Notes: generated by a model from the letters alone, not told the origin. A stretch of 64,000 nucleotides of DNA from Octopus sinensis (GCF_006345805.1 NC_043011.1:22084464-22148463), one strand, 5' to 3'. Positions 28,217 through 40,173 are shown, numbered from the stretch's first letter. A program made the numbers and translations.

Positions 28217-29290
28217 GTAAGTCTTCAACAGTTTTTTTTTTCCTTCCTATTTGAATAGTATAGCAATATTACTGTTTGTATATGTATGTATGTCCGTGTG
28301 TTTGTATATTATATGTATATATATGTACACACACACCTGTGTGTGTGTGTGTGCATGCAACCACACACACATGTATATATGTACATACATACATATTTAC
28401 ATCCAGCTCCCTCTCCAAGCCAAGAGGTCTTTGTCCTGCAGGTGCTGTTGCCACATAAAAGACACTTATGCCAGTGCCACATAAATTGTACTCATCCTAG
28501 TGCCACATAAAAACACTCATGCTGATAGCACATAAGAAGCACCCAGCACACCCTGTAAAGTGATTGGCATTAGGAAGGGCATCCTGTTGTAGAAACTATA
28601 CCAAAGCAGACAACTGGAGCATGGACAACTCCCCAGCTGGCCAGCACCTACCAAATCATCCAACCCATGTCAACATGGAAAGCAGATGTTAAACGATGAT
28701 GATGATGTTAATGCTAATATGCATAAATCCATGCACACATATGTACATACTTGTATTAACATTAATATCATTATGTAGGACACAGTATTATATGTTATGG
28801 CTCTATATAATAATATCAAGTATTAACTTGAGATGCTCTTTACATATGTATAGAGTACATAGTTCAGTTATACAGATTATGATAATGATTCTATGTACAG
28901 TACATTGGACATATGCATGTGTATGTGAATGTCTTTTGTATTCTATGGTTCTATATAGGCTACGTTAACAAGTACATAATTTTAAGCACATGTTATAGTT
29001 CCGTGTAAGTTACATTGTTGTAAAATGGTTAATAATAAAGTGTATGTGTGAGATGTCCTAGAAGCTATCTAGGAGGGCAGTAACTTCAAATAAGAGCCAG
29101 TGTGAACTGTGATAACATATCCAGTCCATGAAGATGGAAACAGATGTATGATGATCATGTTGATGGTGGCAGCTGGCAGCTAATGTTGATGATGATGATG
29201 ATGATGGAGAAAGAGGCTGTTTGTTGGATCAGAGAATATGTTAACTATAGTTTAAGTAAAGCAAAAACCTATCTTTTATCTATGATTTGT

Positions 29291-29627
29291 GAAGGTGCAT
29301 GGCTCAGTGGTTAGAGCGTCGAGCTTACGATTGCGGGGTTGTGAGTTCAAATCCCGGACCAGGCTGCGTGTTGTGTTCTTGAGCAAGACACTTTATTTCA
29401 CGTTGCTCCAGTTCACTCAGCTGTAGAAATGAGTTGCAATGTCACGGGTGCCAAGCTATATTGGCCTTTGCCTTTCCCTTGGATAACATCAGTGGTGTGG
29501 AGAGGGGAGGCCGGTATGCATCGGCGACTGCTGGTCTTCTACAAACAACCTTGCCCAGACTTGTGCCTGGGAGGGTAACTTTCTAGGTATAATCCCATGG
29601 TTAGTCATGACCGAAGGGGGTCTCAAC
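29291..29627 (+). mobile_element. tRNA-derived SINE, family B
   Basis: TGGCTCAGTGG A box, GAGTTCAAATCCC B box; perfect 13-bp TSD ATCTATGATTTGT; relatives at ~41719-42060 (+) and ~31095-31407 (-). Confidence 0.9.
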
Positions 29628-31763
29628 ATCTATGATTTGTTTCAATCATTTGACTGTGGCCATGTTGGGGTACCAACTTGAAGAATTATTAGTCAAATGA
29701 ATCAAACCTTATACTTTTTAGCTAAACTGCTAAGTTACAGTGACATAAACACACCAGTACCAATTATCAAGCAGTGGTGTGGGACAAAATACAGGTACAG
29801 ACACAAACACACATGTATCATCATCATTATCATATATGTAGCCAATGCTGTGTCACGTAAAAAGCTCCCTTTGAACATTGGGCCTCATGGAGGTGATAAA
29901 TGACTGAGATCTTTAGTGATATGTTGTGCTTGAGAAGACTCATCAAGCCAAGTGAAATCATAGTTGTGGCTGATACTGGTGTCACATAACTGGCACCCAT
30001 GCCAGTGACATGTAAAAAGCACCCATTACACTCTTGGAGTGGTTGGTGTTAGGAAGGGCAACCAGCCAGAGAAACCACGCAAAATCAGATTAGAATATAG
30101 TGAAGCTCTCCAGCTAGCCAGTTTCAATCAAACTGTCTAACCCATGCCAGCATGGAAAGCAGACACTAAATGATGAGGGTGATGATATCTATCTATATCT
30201 ATATATATACACACACACATATATATACATGCACAACAAGCTTCTTTCAGTTTCCGTCTTCCAAATCCACTCACAAACTATAATAGAAGACACTTGCCCA
30301 AGGTGCCACGCAGTGGGACTGAACCCAGAACCATGTGGTTGAGAAGCAAACTTCTTACCACATAGCCATGCCTTTTACACTCAAGAACAGTCATATATGA
30401 TTTTGAATGATACCTGAAAAATAGCCTTTAAATTCGATAAAAGAAAATTTACCTCATTAATGACTTGGATCATCACATTCTTCACTGCTGTTATCATCAT
30501 CACTACCACTGCTATCATCTACATCTATCTCTCCTCCTTGCACCCATCACTTTTGTTCTTCTCTTTCTGCTGCCATCATCAATTGGTGTTCACTCTGTGA
30601 ATCGCCATGCAAATATTCATACCCGCCAACATGGCTCACTTTTTTCCTTCTGTCACTGGGGCAGCAGCTTTGCTTCTATCCACTTCCTATCTACCACGCT
30701 GCCCTCAACTCAGATAAGACTACCCACCAAGCATAAGCATATTGCTAAGCAGAGGAAAAGAAATCAATGAGGATTCCTTCTGTTTTCTTGTTGATTTGAT
30801 AACAAGCATGTATGTATGTAAAGCAAGAAGCAAATGCATCATCATCATCCTCACCATTTAATGTGTCCATTTTCCATGCTGGCATGTGTTTAAAAGTTTG
30901 AAAGACATTCACAGTTAGTATTATTAGATTGATGCTCAAAGAAGGAATAAAAATTATAGAGTAAAAGTTGTGTTTTAGACATGGTTCTTCATTGGATGAT
31001 GGAAAGACTGAAGAGAGAAGAAAGGAGATAAAAAGAAATAGAGAGCCAGGGGGGAAAAAACTCAACATGGATTAGGTTCACTACATATATATATTATGAC
31101 CATAAGATTGCCCCAGATAGTTCCCTAGTGAAACTCAAGTCCAGGTTAGGTTGTTTGTGGAAGACCAGCAGTCGCCCACACATCAGTTTCCTCTCTCCAT
31201 GCTACCAATGTTGTCCAAGGGAAAGGCATAGGCTGATACAGCCTGGCACCAGTGATGTCGCAACTCATTTCTACAGCTGAATGAACTGGAACGACATGAA
31301 ATAAAGTGTCTTACTCAAGAACACAACACACAGCCCAGTCCAGGAATCAAACTCACAACCTCAAGATTGGAAGCCCAATGCTCAAATCACTAAGCCATAT
31401 ACCTGCACACACACACACACACATATATACATCATCATCGTCGTTTAAGGTCCGTTCTCCATGCTAGCATGGGTTGGACGGTTCGACTGGGGATCTGGGA
31501 AGCCAGAAGGCTGCACCAGGCTCCAGTCTGATCTGGCAGTGTTTCTACAGCTGGATGCCCTTCCTAATGCCAACCACTCCATGAGTGTAGTGGGTGCTTT
31601 TTACGTGCCACCGGCACGGAAGCCAGTCAAGGCGGCGCTGGCATCGGCCACATTCGGATGGTGCTTTTTATGTGCCACCAGCCCAGGGATCACAACTAGT
31701 TTCCATTGATTTTTGATGTTAAAATTAACTCCTAACAAAACTCCTCATTCCTAATACAGTTAA

Positions 31764-31822
<59 letters not shown>

Positions 31823-31828
31823 TACTTT

Positions 31829-31999
31829 TTTTATTAAAGCTGCAAAAGCATCACAAAAAAAACTGTTACTCAGTGTTTCACGTTCCCGTTTGTTAGACAG
31901 TTGTGATTAAGAGTCTTAATTACAACTGTCTGACGAGCAGGAATGTCAAACTCTGAGTAACATTTTCTTTTTTGTGATGTTTTCGCAGCTTTAATAAAA
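31829..31999. repeat. ~85-bp-arm palindrome of Penelope-type sequence, each arm with a hammerhead-like motif
   Basis: Arms reverse-complementary around centre 31913; CTGACGA at 31930-31936. Confidence 0.85.
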
Positions 32000-32346
32000 C
32001 AGCGTATTACTTTACCTTCAATATTCAAGTACTATTTTTTCCAACTTGTTTTGCATTTATGTGATTACTTGTGTGTATGTATATATATGTGTATATATGT
32101 GTGTGAAATCTGAAGAATCTACTAGAGTAGATGCAAGCACTAATATATGATTTATAAAAACATGTGACTTATTAATAAAAATCTGTAAATGTACAACCAT
32201 CCAGATTTCTGTGTACCTTATTTTTCTAATATGTGTGTATGTATATATGCATACACACACATTATGTATATATGGATGTGCATGTGTGTGTGTGTGTGTG
32301 TGTGTTATGTATGCATGTATAATATATTTGTTGCTTTGATTTGCAG

Positions 32347-32428
32347 GGTGTAGTCGATGGTGTTACTGGTATTGTACGAAAACCCATTGAAGGTGCTCAA
32401 AAGGAAGGTGTTGAAGGGTTCTTCAAGG
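32347..32428 (+). CDS. VPS13: VPS13 exon 19 (ATG2_C-like)
   Basis: gcag|GGT...G|gtaagt; [27 protein letters not shown]. Confidence 0.97.
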
Positions 32429-32608
32429 GTAAGTGTAGATGATTATTTTAGTCTCTCAGTTCTTCTCAATTTTTTCAAATCCATTCCTCTTTCAAATAAT
32501 TCCACTCTGTATGTTTACCATTCATCTTATCACTCTTAGATCCTCTGCTAAACTAACTCTAAAACACCTTTTTCCCCATCTAGGTCCTGTACTAAATAGT
32601 CTTTCCAC

Positions 32609-32742
32609 TCCTTCTTGCCTTCCTTCCTTCTTGCCTTCCTTCCTTCTTGCCTTCCTTCCTTCTTGCCTTCCTTCTTTCTTGCCTTCCTTCTTTCTTGCCT
32701 TCCTTCCTTCTTGCCTTCCTTCCTTCTTGCTTTCTTTCTTTC
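32609..32742. repeat. Compound (CCTT/CTTG)n microsatellite
   Basis: Tandem CCTTCTTGCCTTCCTT units; explains the spurious PSFL/RKEGKK ORFs. Confidence 0.95.
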
Positions 32743-35054
32743 AATACTTCCTAGAACTGTATCTCCTTTGGAAATTTTTTTTTTTAAACCCACCAACCTA
32801 TATTTTGCCTTCAACCACCAATCTGTAAGATGTTCAGAATCAATTATACCAACTTCCAAATTTCATCCAATCTTGGATGACTTTACAGAGCTATAAGTGG
32901 GTATCACTATCTTCAGATTTATTGCTTAGTTAGAAGAGAGGCCTGGTTCTCTATTGGTTATGACAAGTGTTCTAGTTGATTAAGACAATCAAACAGCCTG
33001 CTCATGTATGTGGCTGAGCACTCCACAGATACATCCTTAATGTAGTTCTCAAGGAAAATCAGAGTGACACAGAATGTTACAAGGGTGGCCCTGATGAGTT
33101 ACATGTACAACTCACTTTTGCCAGTTGAAAGGAATGGACCAACAAGAAATAAAGTGTCTTGCTCAAGGACACAATGCACTGCTGGGTATCAAACTCACAA
33201 CCTTATGATCATTAGCCAAACACTCTAACCACTAAGCTATGCCCCTTCACTCCATAAAAGTGAGATCTGGCCTGAGAGCTTGCAACCCAGTGAACTCTGC
33301 TAAAGGTACCTTGGGACATAGCAGCAGTGTTTTAAACAGAGTGATGGATTAAGTTTTCTAGCCAAGTAAACCATGGCAAATTTTAATTCAGAACACACAC
33401 AGCTGAAACCAATACCACATCACATTGTCATGTCCGATGCTCTGCTGATTCAGCCAGTCCACCACTTTAGATGGTACTTTATTTATCAACCCTGGAAGAA
33501 TGGAAGGCAAACTTCACCCAGCAGGAATTTTAAACTCAGAATGCGAAGAGCTGGAATATATACTCACTTACACGTCTGCCTATTCTCTGCTTAATTACCA
33601 TAGGTGATGGCATAAATGATGCACTGCATTTTAGATGCACCCCAATTTCAGCAGCACATATTCAAAGGAAAAAGTTTTTAGTGCATTAAAGCATGTAATA
33701 TTTAAAGCAATCAGCCGGTAACTAGTGAACTTTGTCAGTTGATTATCTTTTATTTTTTATCTTTTACTTGTTTCAGTCATTAGACTGTGGCCATGCTGGG
33801 GCACCACCTTGAAGAGTTCTTAGTCAAATGAATTGACCCCAGTATTTATATTTTAAAGACCAGTACTTATTCTATCAGTCTCTTTTGCTGAACTGCTAAG
33901 TTATGGGGACATAAACACACCAATACTGGTTGTCAAGCAGTGGTTGGGGACAAACACAGACACAAAGACACATAGATATATGGAAATATACAGCAAGCTT
34001 TTTTAAAGTTCTGTCCACCAAAATCCACTCACAAGACTTATAGTAGAAGACACTTGTCCAAAGTGCCATACAGTGGGACTGAACCCACAATCATGTGATT
34101 GGGAAGCAAACTTCTTACCACACATTATGTGCTACGATAATTTCTTTTGCAGTACAAGTAATTATAATGTTTAAATAAATAGTATTATTATAGAGTCAGG
34201 CTAAGTAGAAGAGACTGTTTGGATTAAAATTAGTCTATAGTAGTATCAGAGACAAAATTAATTTATGGGAGACCCAACTTTGCATATAGGACTCAGGGTG
34301 ATATTTTTTTTGAGTCATTTCATTTGTTTTACATTTCATCAAATTTGGTAATAATACAAAAATGTTGATTCACAGGTGATTACAGGTGATTGCATTTTGA
34401 GTACCAACCTATTAGTGAAACAGTCAATAGTTCCTATCACATTAGTATTTTTGACTCACAGAAACATTCTTAACTTTTAATATCTCAGTCCATTTAATTA
34501 TAAGTGGCACATAAAAAGCACCATCCGTTCGTGGCCGTTTGCCAGCTCTGTCTGGCACCAGTGCGGGTGGCACGTAAAAAGCACCCACTACACTCACGGA
34601 GTGGTTGGTGTTAGGAAGGGCATCCAGCCGTAGAAACACTGCCAGATTTGACTGGGCCTGATGAAGCCTTCTGGCTTCACAGACCCCAGTAGAACCGTCC
34701 AACCCATGCTAGCATGGAAAACGGACGCTAAACGATGATGATGATGATGATGATGTACCATGGAAAGGTACAGTTCATTAATGCCAATGTAAGTCTGTTG
34801 TGTTTTAATAAGTTTGCTAGTGAAGAATTCACATACTCTCCTAGGATAGTGGGTGGAGTAAAAACTATTCCTTTGTATCTTTCTTTGAATTACAGCATGA
34901 AAACAACTTCTTGGGCAGTCCCCCCAATAATCCAGTAATTTGTGGAATATTTCCAACTTCCTTGACTTTTATGTGAAATCTTTTAACACATTATTTATGA
35001 ACAAACAATGCTATTCTGTTTAATCTGTTTTCTTTTATTTTGAAAAAAACCTAG

Positions 35055-35142
35055 GTATTGGTAAAGGTTTAGTTGGTGCCGTAACTCGCCCGACAAGTGG
35101 AGTGATTGACTTTGCTAGTAGCTCCCTTGACAGTATACGCAG
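35055..35142 (+). CDS. VPS13: VPS13 exon 20 (ATG2_C-like)
   Basis: ctag|GT ATT...AG|gtttgt; IGKGLVGAVTRPTSGVIDFASSSLDSIR. Confidence 0.96.
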
Positions 35143-35154
35143 GTTTGTATTAAT

Positions 35155-35620
35155 AGTTCTGTTGTGGGGGATTACAACCGTGTTTCGTGGTCTGCTACCA
35201 CTACAGCTCCTTTATAGGATCTAGTTAGCTCAAGACATCACCAGGAGGAACCACGTCCGGTTTCGGCCCTTACTCCTCTACCGTTTTGATGTGGCAGGGC
35301 CCCCCTTTCGGAGGTGTCTTCAGCTCTGTTGTTGGGTGCATGGCTTCTTTCTTCTTCTTTCTTCTGTTCCCTGACCTCTTCGATGTATCGTCAGTGAGTG
35401 TCAGCCAGTGACTGACTGACTTGTCAAATTTTTCCCTTTAAATACCTGCTGCTAGGCTCCAGCAAGCAGCCCCAGCAAGTTGTCACATAACACTGTCTCA
35501 CCTTAACTGACTAGTGAAGGCACGTAGTTTTAGCCTGCACATTCTCTAAATGACTGTCACCTGTCAGTCAGCGAAGCTGATTCAGTGTCAGCTTGTCTCA
35601 CCTAATGATGTTATAGTGTA
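35155..35620 (-). mobile_element. Probable Penelope-type terminal-repeat remnant with tandem hammerhead-like motifs
   Basis: GC/CpG-rich insertion; minus-strand TATTTAAA at 35437-35444 upstream of CTGAAGA...GAAAC and CTGGTGA...GAAAC. Confidence 0.55.
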
Positions 35621-35953
35621 TACTATTAGGAAATTGTCATTTTGTTGATGTGTTTTAGCATTTATTTATGTGACAAGTTTCATCTTGCTTATTAAATTGG
35701 ATGTTGTGATGAAAACTAAAACATGAAGATAATTTGTTCAAAAGAGTAAAATAAAACTGAAACAAGTAGAGCTGTGTTTGTAGAGCTGTACAATAGAATA
35801 ACTGTAACATAATGACTCTTTGGTCACTAGTCTAGCATCTTAGTCATGTAACAAATGTATAACAAGTTGTAATATAGTTGTTATCATAGTTGTTTCTTAA
35901 TTGTACATAGGCCAGTTTTATTGTTTCCATTTTTTTTTTTGCTTTTTGTATAG

Positions 35954-36068
35954 AATTGCTGAAATGTCGGATGAAATCCGCCGTTTACGCCCACCACGTC
36001 GATTCCATAATGACTTGATAATCCGGCCATACAATCATCTAGAAGCTGAAGGCTATGCAATTTTACAG
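35954..36068 (+). CDS. VPS13: VPS13 exon 21
   Basis: tag|A ATT...CAG|gtaagt; IAEMSDEIRRLRPPRRFHNDLIIRPYNHLEAEGYAILQ. Confidence 0.97.
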
Positions 36069-36246
36069 GTAAGTAATGTTACTTAATAAGTACAATATTT
36101 GAATCAATTCACTAAGAGAGACAGCTCTTTAAAATGTCAACAGATGAAGGGCTTTATTTGATAAGCTCAATAAGAGGAACATCAGTGTTGCTTAGGGAAC
36201 TAATATATCATGTTTCATAATATTTGGGGGTTTGTTTTATCTAGAA

Positions 36247-36566
36247 CAGGGGTTCTCATCCATTTTTTACCTATGGACCCCTTCGATTACTATTTTATTC
36301 TGGTGGACCCCCATAGCCATTCAATGTTTAAAAGCTAGTTTTATTAAAACTTCTTTCAAAATTCCTATTTTGTTTGAACCATGTAAAATGTTAAAGAAAC
36401 TTGGCTGTTTCTTGCAATACATACATATACATATATCTAAAGCAAAATTTTTCAGGGGCCCTTAAAATACTAGTATGGATCCCCAGTTTACTATTTTGTT
36501 GTGTGGAGCCCCAAAAATCTTATTTGGACCTTCAGGGACCATATGGACTCTTGTTGAGAATCACTG
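36247..36566. mobile_element. hAT (Charlie-like) MITE
   Basis: CAGGGGTTCTCA...TGAGAATCACTG; TSD ATCTAGAA/GTCTAGAA matches the NTCTAGAN target preference. Confidence 0.85.
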
Positions 36567-36847
36567 GTCTAGAACATGTTGCTCAAGTAACACTCCACTT
36601 GTTCTTCTGAACATTAACTTTCTACTCATTTTTTTTTTTTGTAAAGAGAGGAAAACAATTGATTATATTATTCATTTCCTTAGGTATTTATTTGATTTTA
36701 TTAATCACCGAAAGGTGAAAGGCTGAGCTAATTCCTTTAATATTTGAACATTTGAACTCAGAACAGTGAAACACTGAACTATATACAATAAAACATCCCT
36801 ACTGTGTCTGGCTGCCTGATGTTCATTTTCAACAAAAAAAAATAATA

Positions 36848-37202
36848 TCTCTATATATATAAACAGCAAAATGTCTGTGTGTGTGTCCTTTACATAAATC
36901 CACAATTTTTCAGTTAGAGGGCTCGCACTTTCTATGGTCATTTAAAACCGTCCAAGGGTGGTCATGCACATCTTTACATTTCCCCAGTCACCCCACAAAG
37001 CCATTAAAAAATCAATAGAAGTGACTTTTTTGTGAATTTTCTATCCAAAACCCAATCAAAATGCCTGAAACTTGATATGCCAATTGAAGGCCAGTTAGCT
37101 GTATGTGATTGATCGGAGATTTGGACAGTACTCACGTGTATGTGCATACACATGCAGCTGTATATGCATGCACTAGCACTATGACCCAGGTCATAGTGCT
37201 AG
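36848..37202 (+). mobile_element. Non-autonomous Helitron
   Basis: A|TCTCTATATATATAAAC 5' end, CTAG|T 3' end with a terminal palindrome, inserted between A and T without a TSD. Confidence 0.75.
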
Positions 37203-37570
37203 TCAATAATAAAACATTAAAAATGTTACACAAAAATTCAATTTTTTTCCTTAGGTATAAAACTAAAAGAAGAAAATCCAAGATTATATTATTCTCTGCT
37301 TCATGTATTTCCAAATAACACTAGTGTTGTAATGTCGTGATCCAAGTCAAAATAGCTATTTTGACTCAGTATCAAAAATCAGATATTTGGGGGCCTTTTC
37401 TCTCTTTCCTTCTCTCTCTCTCTCTCTCCAATTTACAGGCATGTTGCAGCCTCTTTACAATATTACCTCTGAATGGGGATCTTTACATGTGTATTTGGTG
37501 GGTGCAGTTTGTTGTATTAAAGTTTATTTTAATCTAATCCCCTTTTAATGAAATTTTCTTCTAATTTCAG

Positions 37571-37665
37571 GAAACTGAGAAAGGAATTTATGCTGCCACT
37601 GATGAATATATTGCTCATGCTGTTGTAACTAAAGATGGAAAAAATGTTCTTTTAGTGACAGATAA
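37571..37665 (+). CDS. VPS13: VPS13 exon 22 (PH-like domain)
   Basis: ttcag|GAA...AA|gtaagt; ETEKGIYAATDEYIAHAVVTKDGKNVLLVTD. Confidence 0.94.
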
Positions 37666-38634
37666 GTAAGTTAAAAAAAATTGTAGTGTTTTGTTTTTAA
37701 TTTTTCGGGTTGGCTTGCATCAGTAGGTTACATTCAGCCTTGTAGTGTCCAACCAATTGAGGCACTTGGTGTTAAATTGATTTTCTTTCTTTCTTCCTTC
37801 CTCTTTTTCCTTCTTTCTTTTCTTGTGTTTGTGCTTTCATCTTTTTGGATTTGGATTTTAATGTGGTTTTGTTTATTATATTTTGTAATAAAATAATAAA
37901 TAGTTTCTAATGTAGCCAATTAAATGCTATTGTCAATACTATTAAGAAAATCAATAAACTTCAACAGACACTGTCTGCTATCAAAAGTACTGGTTAATTG
38001 CTATTCACACTGCATTGCCTAGAAGTCCAAATATTCTGCTCAGTACCTCAGATTTGCTTTTCAATTGCTTGAGCTTAAACCACTTGAGCATGTCCATTAG
38101 TAGCTGACAATATTGGTAGTAGTGGGGGAGCATCATAGCCATGTGTTGAGAGGGAAAGTTTGAAGGAAATATTAGCCATTTTTCACATTTTTTAGGGGTA
38201 AGCAAATAGGAAATAACAGTTGCTACCCAAGGACAAAAATCATGTAACACCCCGGTATCTGTAGCATTTGTGTGTGTGGGTGTGTGAGCTAATATTTAGT
38301 ATATTTCACGGATTACAAGTTAGTTTAAATAATTTACAATCTGCAGTGAACAAAAAGAATTTCCCTGAGATCCGCAGTCTATTTTGATTCACTTTTCAAG
38401 CTAATTCACTTAAACTATAGATACCCTCTAGACAAACATAAGCTACACAATTTCCCATTTCACTACCCATTGTTTGTATCATTCATGATTAACCAAAAAT
38501 TTCAGACTTGACCTCTGCTGAATTCCCAATATAGTTAGGAATTGACAAACCCCTTGTTAAAATCTGGTCAGTCAGAATAAAGATAAGTCATCAATGCTGA
38601 ATAAAACTGTTTACAAATGTTTTCTCATAGATAG

Positions 38635-38770
38635 TGCTATTTTAGGTGTTGTTTTGAATATTTTTCTTGTTTTATAATTTTGTGACCATGAAAGAAATTA
38701 AAATAATGCTATTTAGGTGTTGTTTTGAATATTTTTCTTGTTTTATAATTTTGTTACCATTGAAAGAAAT
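38635..38770. repeat. ~64-bp tandem duplication at the LINE 5' junction
   Basis: 38635-38698 and 38707-38770 are nearly identical. Confidence 0.9.
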
Positions 38771-39549
38771 GAAGCTAGTATGGCCCACTGGATGTGTAAT
38801 ATCAGTGTGCATACACAACAGAGTGTAAGTGCCCTGAGAGAAAAGTTAGACATAAGAAGCATCAGATGTGGTGTGCAAGAGAGACAACTGCGCTGGTATG
38901 GTTATGTGATGCATATGGATGAGGACAGCTGTGTGAAGAAGTGGAAGAGGTAGACCCAGGAAGACATAGGTGGGGAAGCATGACCTTTGAATGTTGGACC
39001 TCACAGAATCAATGACAAGCAACTCAGACCATTGGAGATATGTTGTGCTTGAGAAGACCTGGCAAGACAAGTGAAATTGTAGTTGTGGCCAATGCCCATT
39101 GTTGCATAACTGGTCCATTTAAAAAAGCACACTTCAGTTGTTGGGCAATTTGCCATGCTTGTGTAGACCTGTTAAACCGAGTGAAATTGTAGTCATGGCT
39201 GATGACAGTGCTGCCTGACTAGCACCTGTGCTGGTGGTACGTAAAAAGCACCATTCAAGCGTAACCGATGCCAGTGCCTCCCGACTAGCACCTGTGCCAG
39301 TGACACATAAAAAGCACCTTTCAAGTTTGACTGATGCCAGTGCCACCTGACTGACTCCTGTACCAGTGGCATGTAAAAGCATCCACTACACTCTTGGAGT
39401 GGTTGGCATTAGGAAGGGCATCCAGCTGTAGAAACCTTGCAAAATTAGATTGGAGCCTAGTGCAACCTCCTAACTTACCAGTTGTCGGTCAAACTGTCCA
39501 ATCCATGCCAGCATGGAAAGCAGACGTTAAACAACAATGATAATGATGT
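38759..39549 (+). mobile_element. 5'-truncated RTE LINE
   Basis: ERNEASM...QERQLRWYGYVMHMDEDSCVKK...GRPRKT C-terminus, tandem-repeat 3' region, AGGAAGGGCATCCAG motif, (GAT)n-like tail. Confidence 0.85.
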
Positions 39550-40173
39550 TGAAGCTCACTGCACTCAAATATTTCCAGAAAAAAATAAATTACAAAGTCA
39601 TGGGTTATTTGCACCTGATGTGCTACTTCAACTTTTAGAAGAATCTGTTGAAGTCAAGGTTTCAAGTGTACAGTGATAAAAATGAAGAGCTATGGTTTTT
39701 GATATTGAATTCACAGACTGCCAATTCTAAATATCACTGTTTTCTGAGAGGTGTGTGTGTGTGTTCTGGGTATGGAGCTCAGATCTAGACACAAGTTATC
39801 TCCCTGCACTCAGAGGTGATAGAATTAAACTATTATTTTTGTTAAGGTTGTTTCAACAGATATTCTATAGAAACTATAGCCAGCACTGATTTTTGCTACA
39901 ACGTTTTGTATCAAGATGTCAGATATAAACAAGCAATGAGATCAGAGATAAAAGTGGGTAATTAGTGTATATACTATTTTTCAGGGATTGTTGCCCCTTC
40001 ATCAGCACTCATCTAACCCACTCTTACCTCTGAACACATTGCTTATATAGCAGTGTTATTAGATATACCAATTTACATATTAGGCACATTCCTGGAACTG
40101 GTATGTAAACATCAAAGATTTGTAGGTACATGGTACTTCGTTATGCAAATACAATATACTCTGAAGTATACTA

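Noticed and set aside
29291-29365. tRNA gene-like sequences at SINE heads (also 41719, 53211, 20177)
   Set aside because: A and B boxes are present but there is no full acceptor stem; they continue into SINE bodies, two with TSDs
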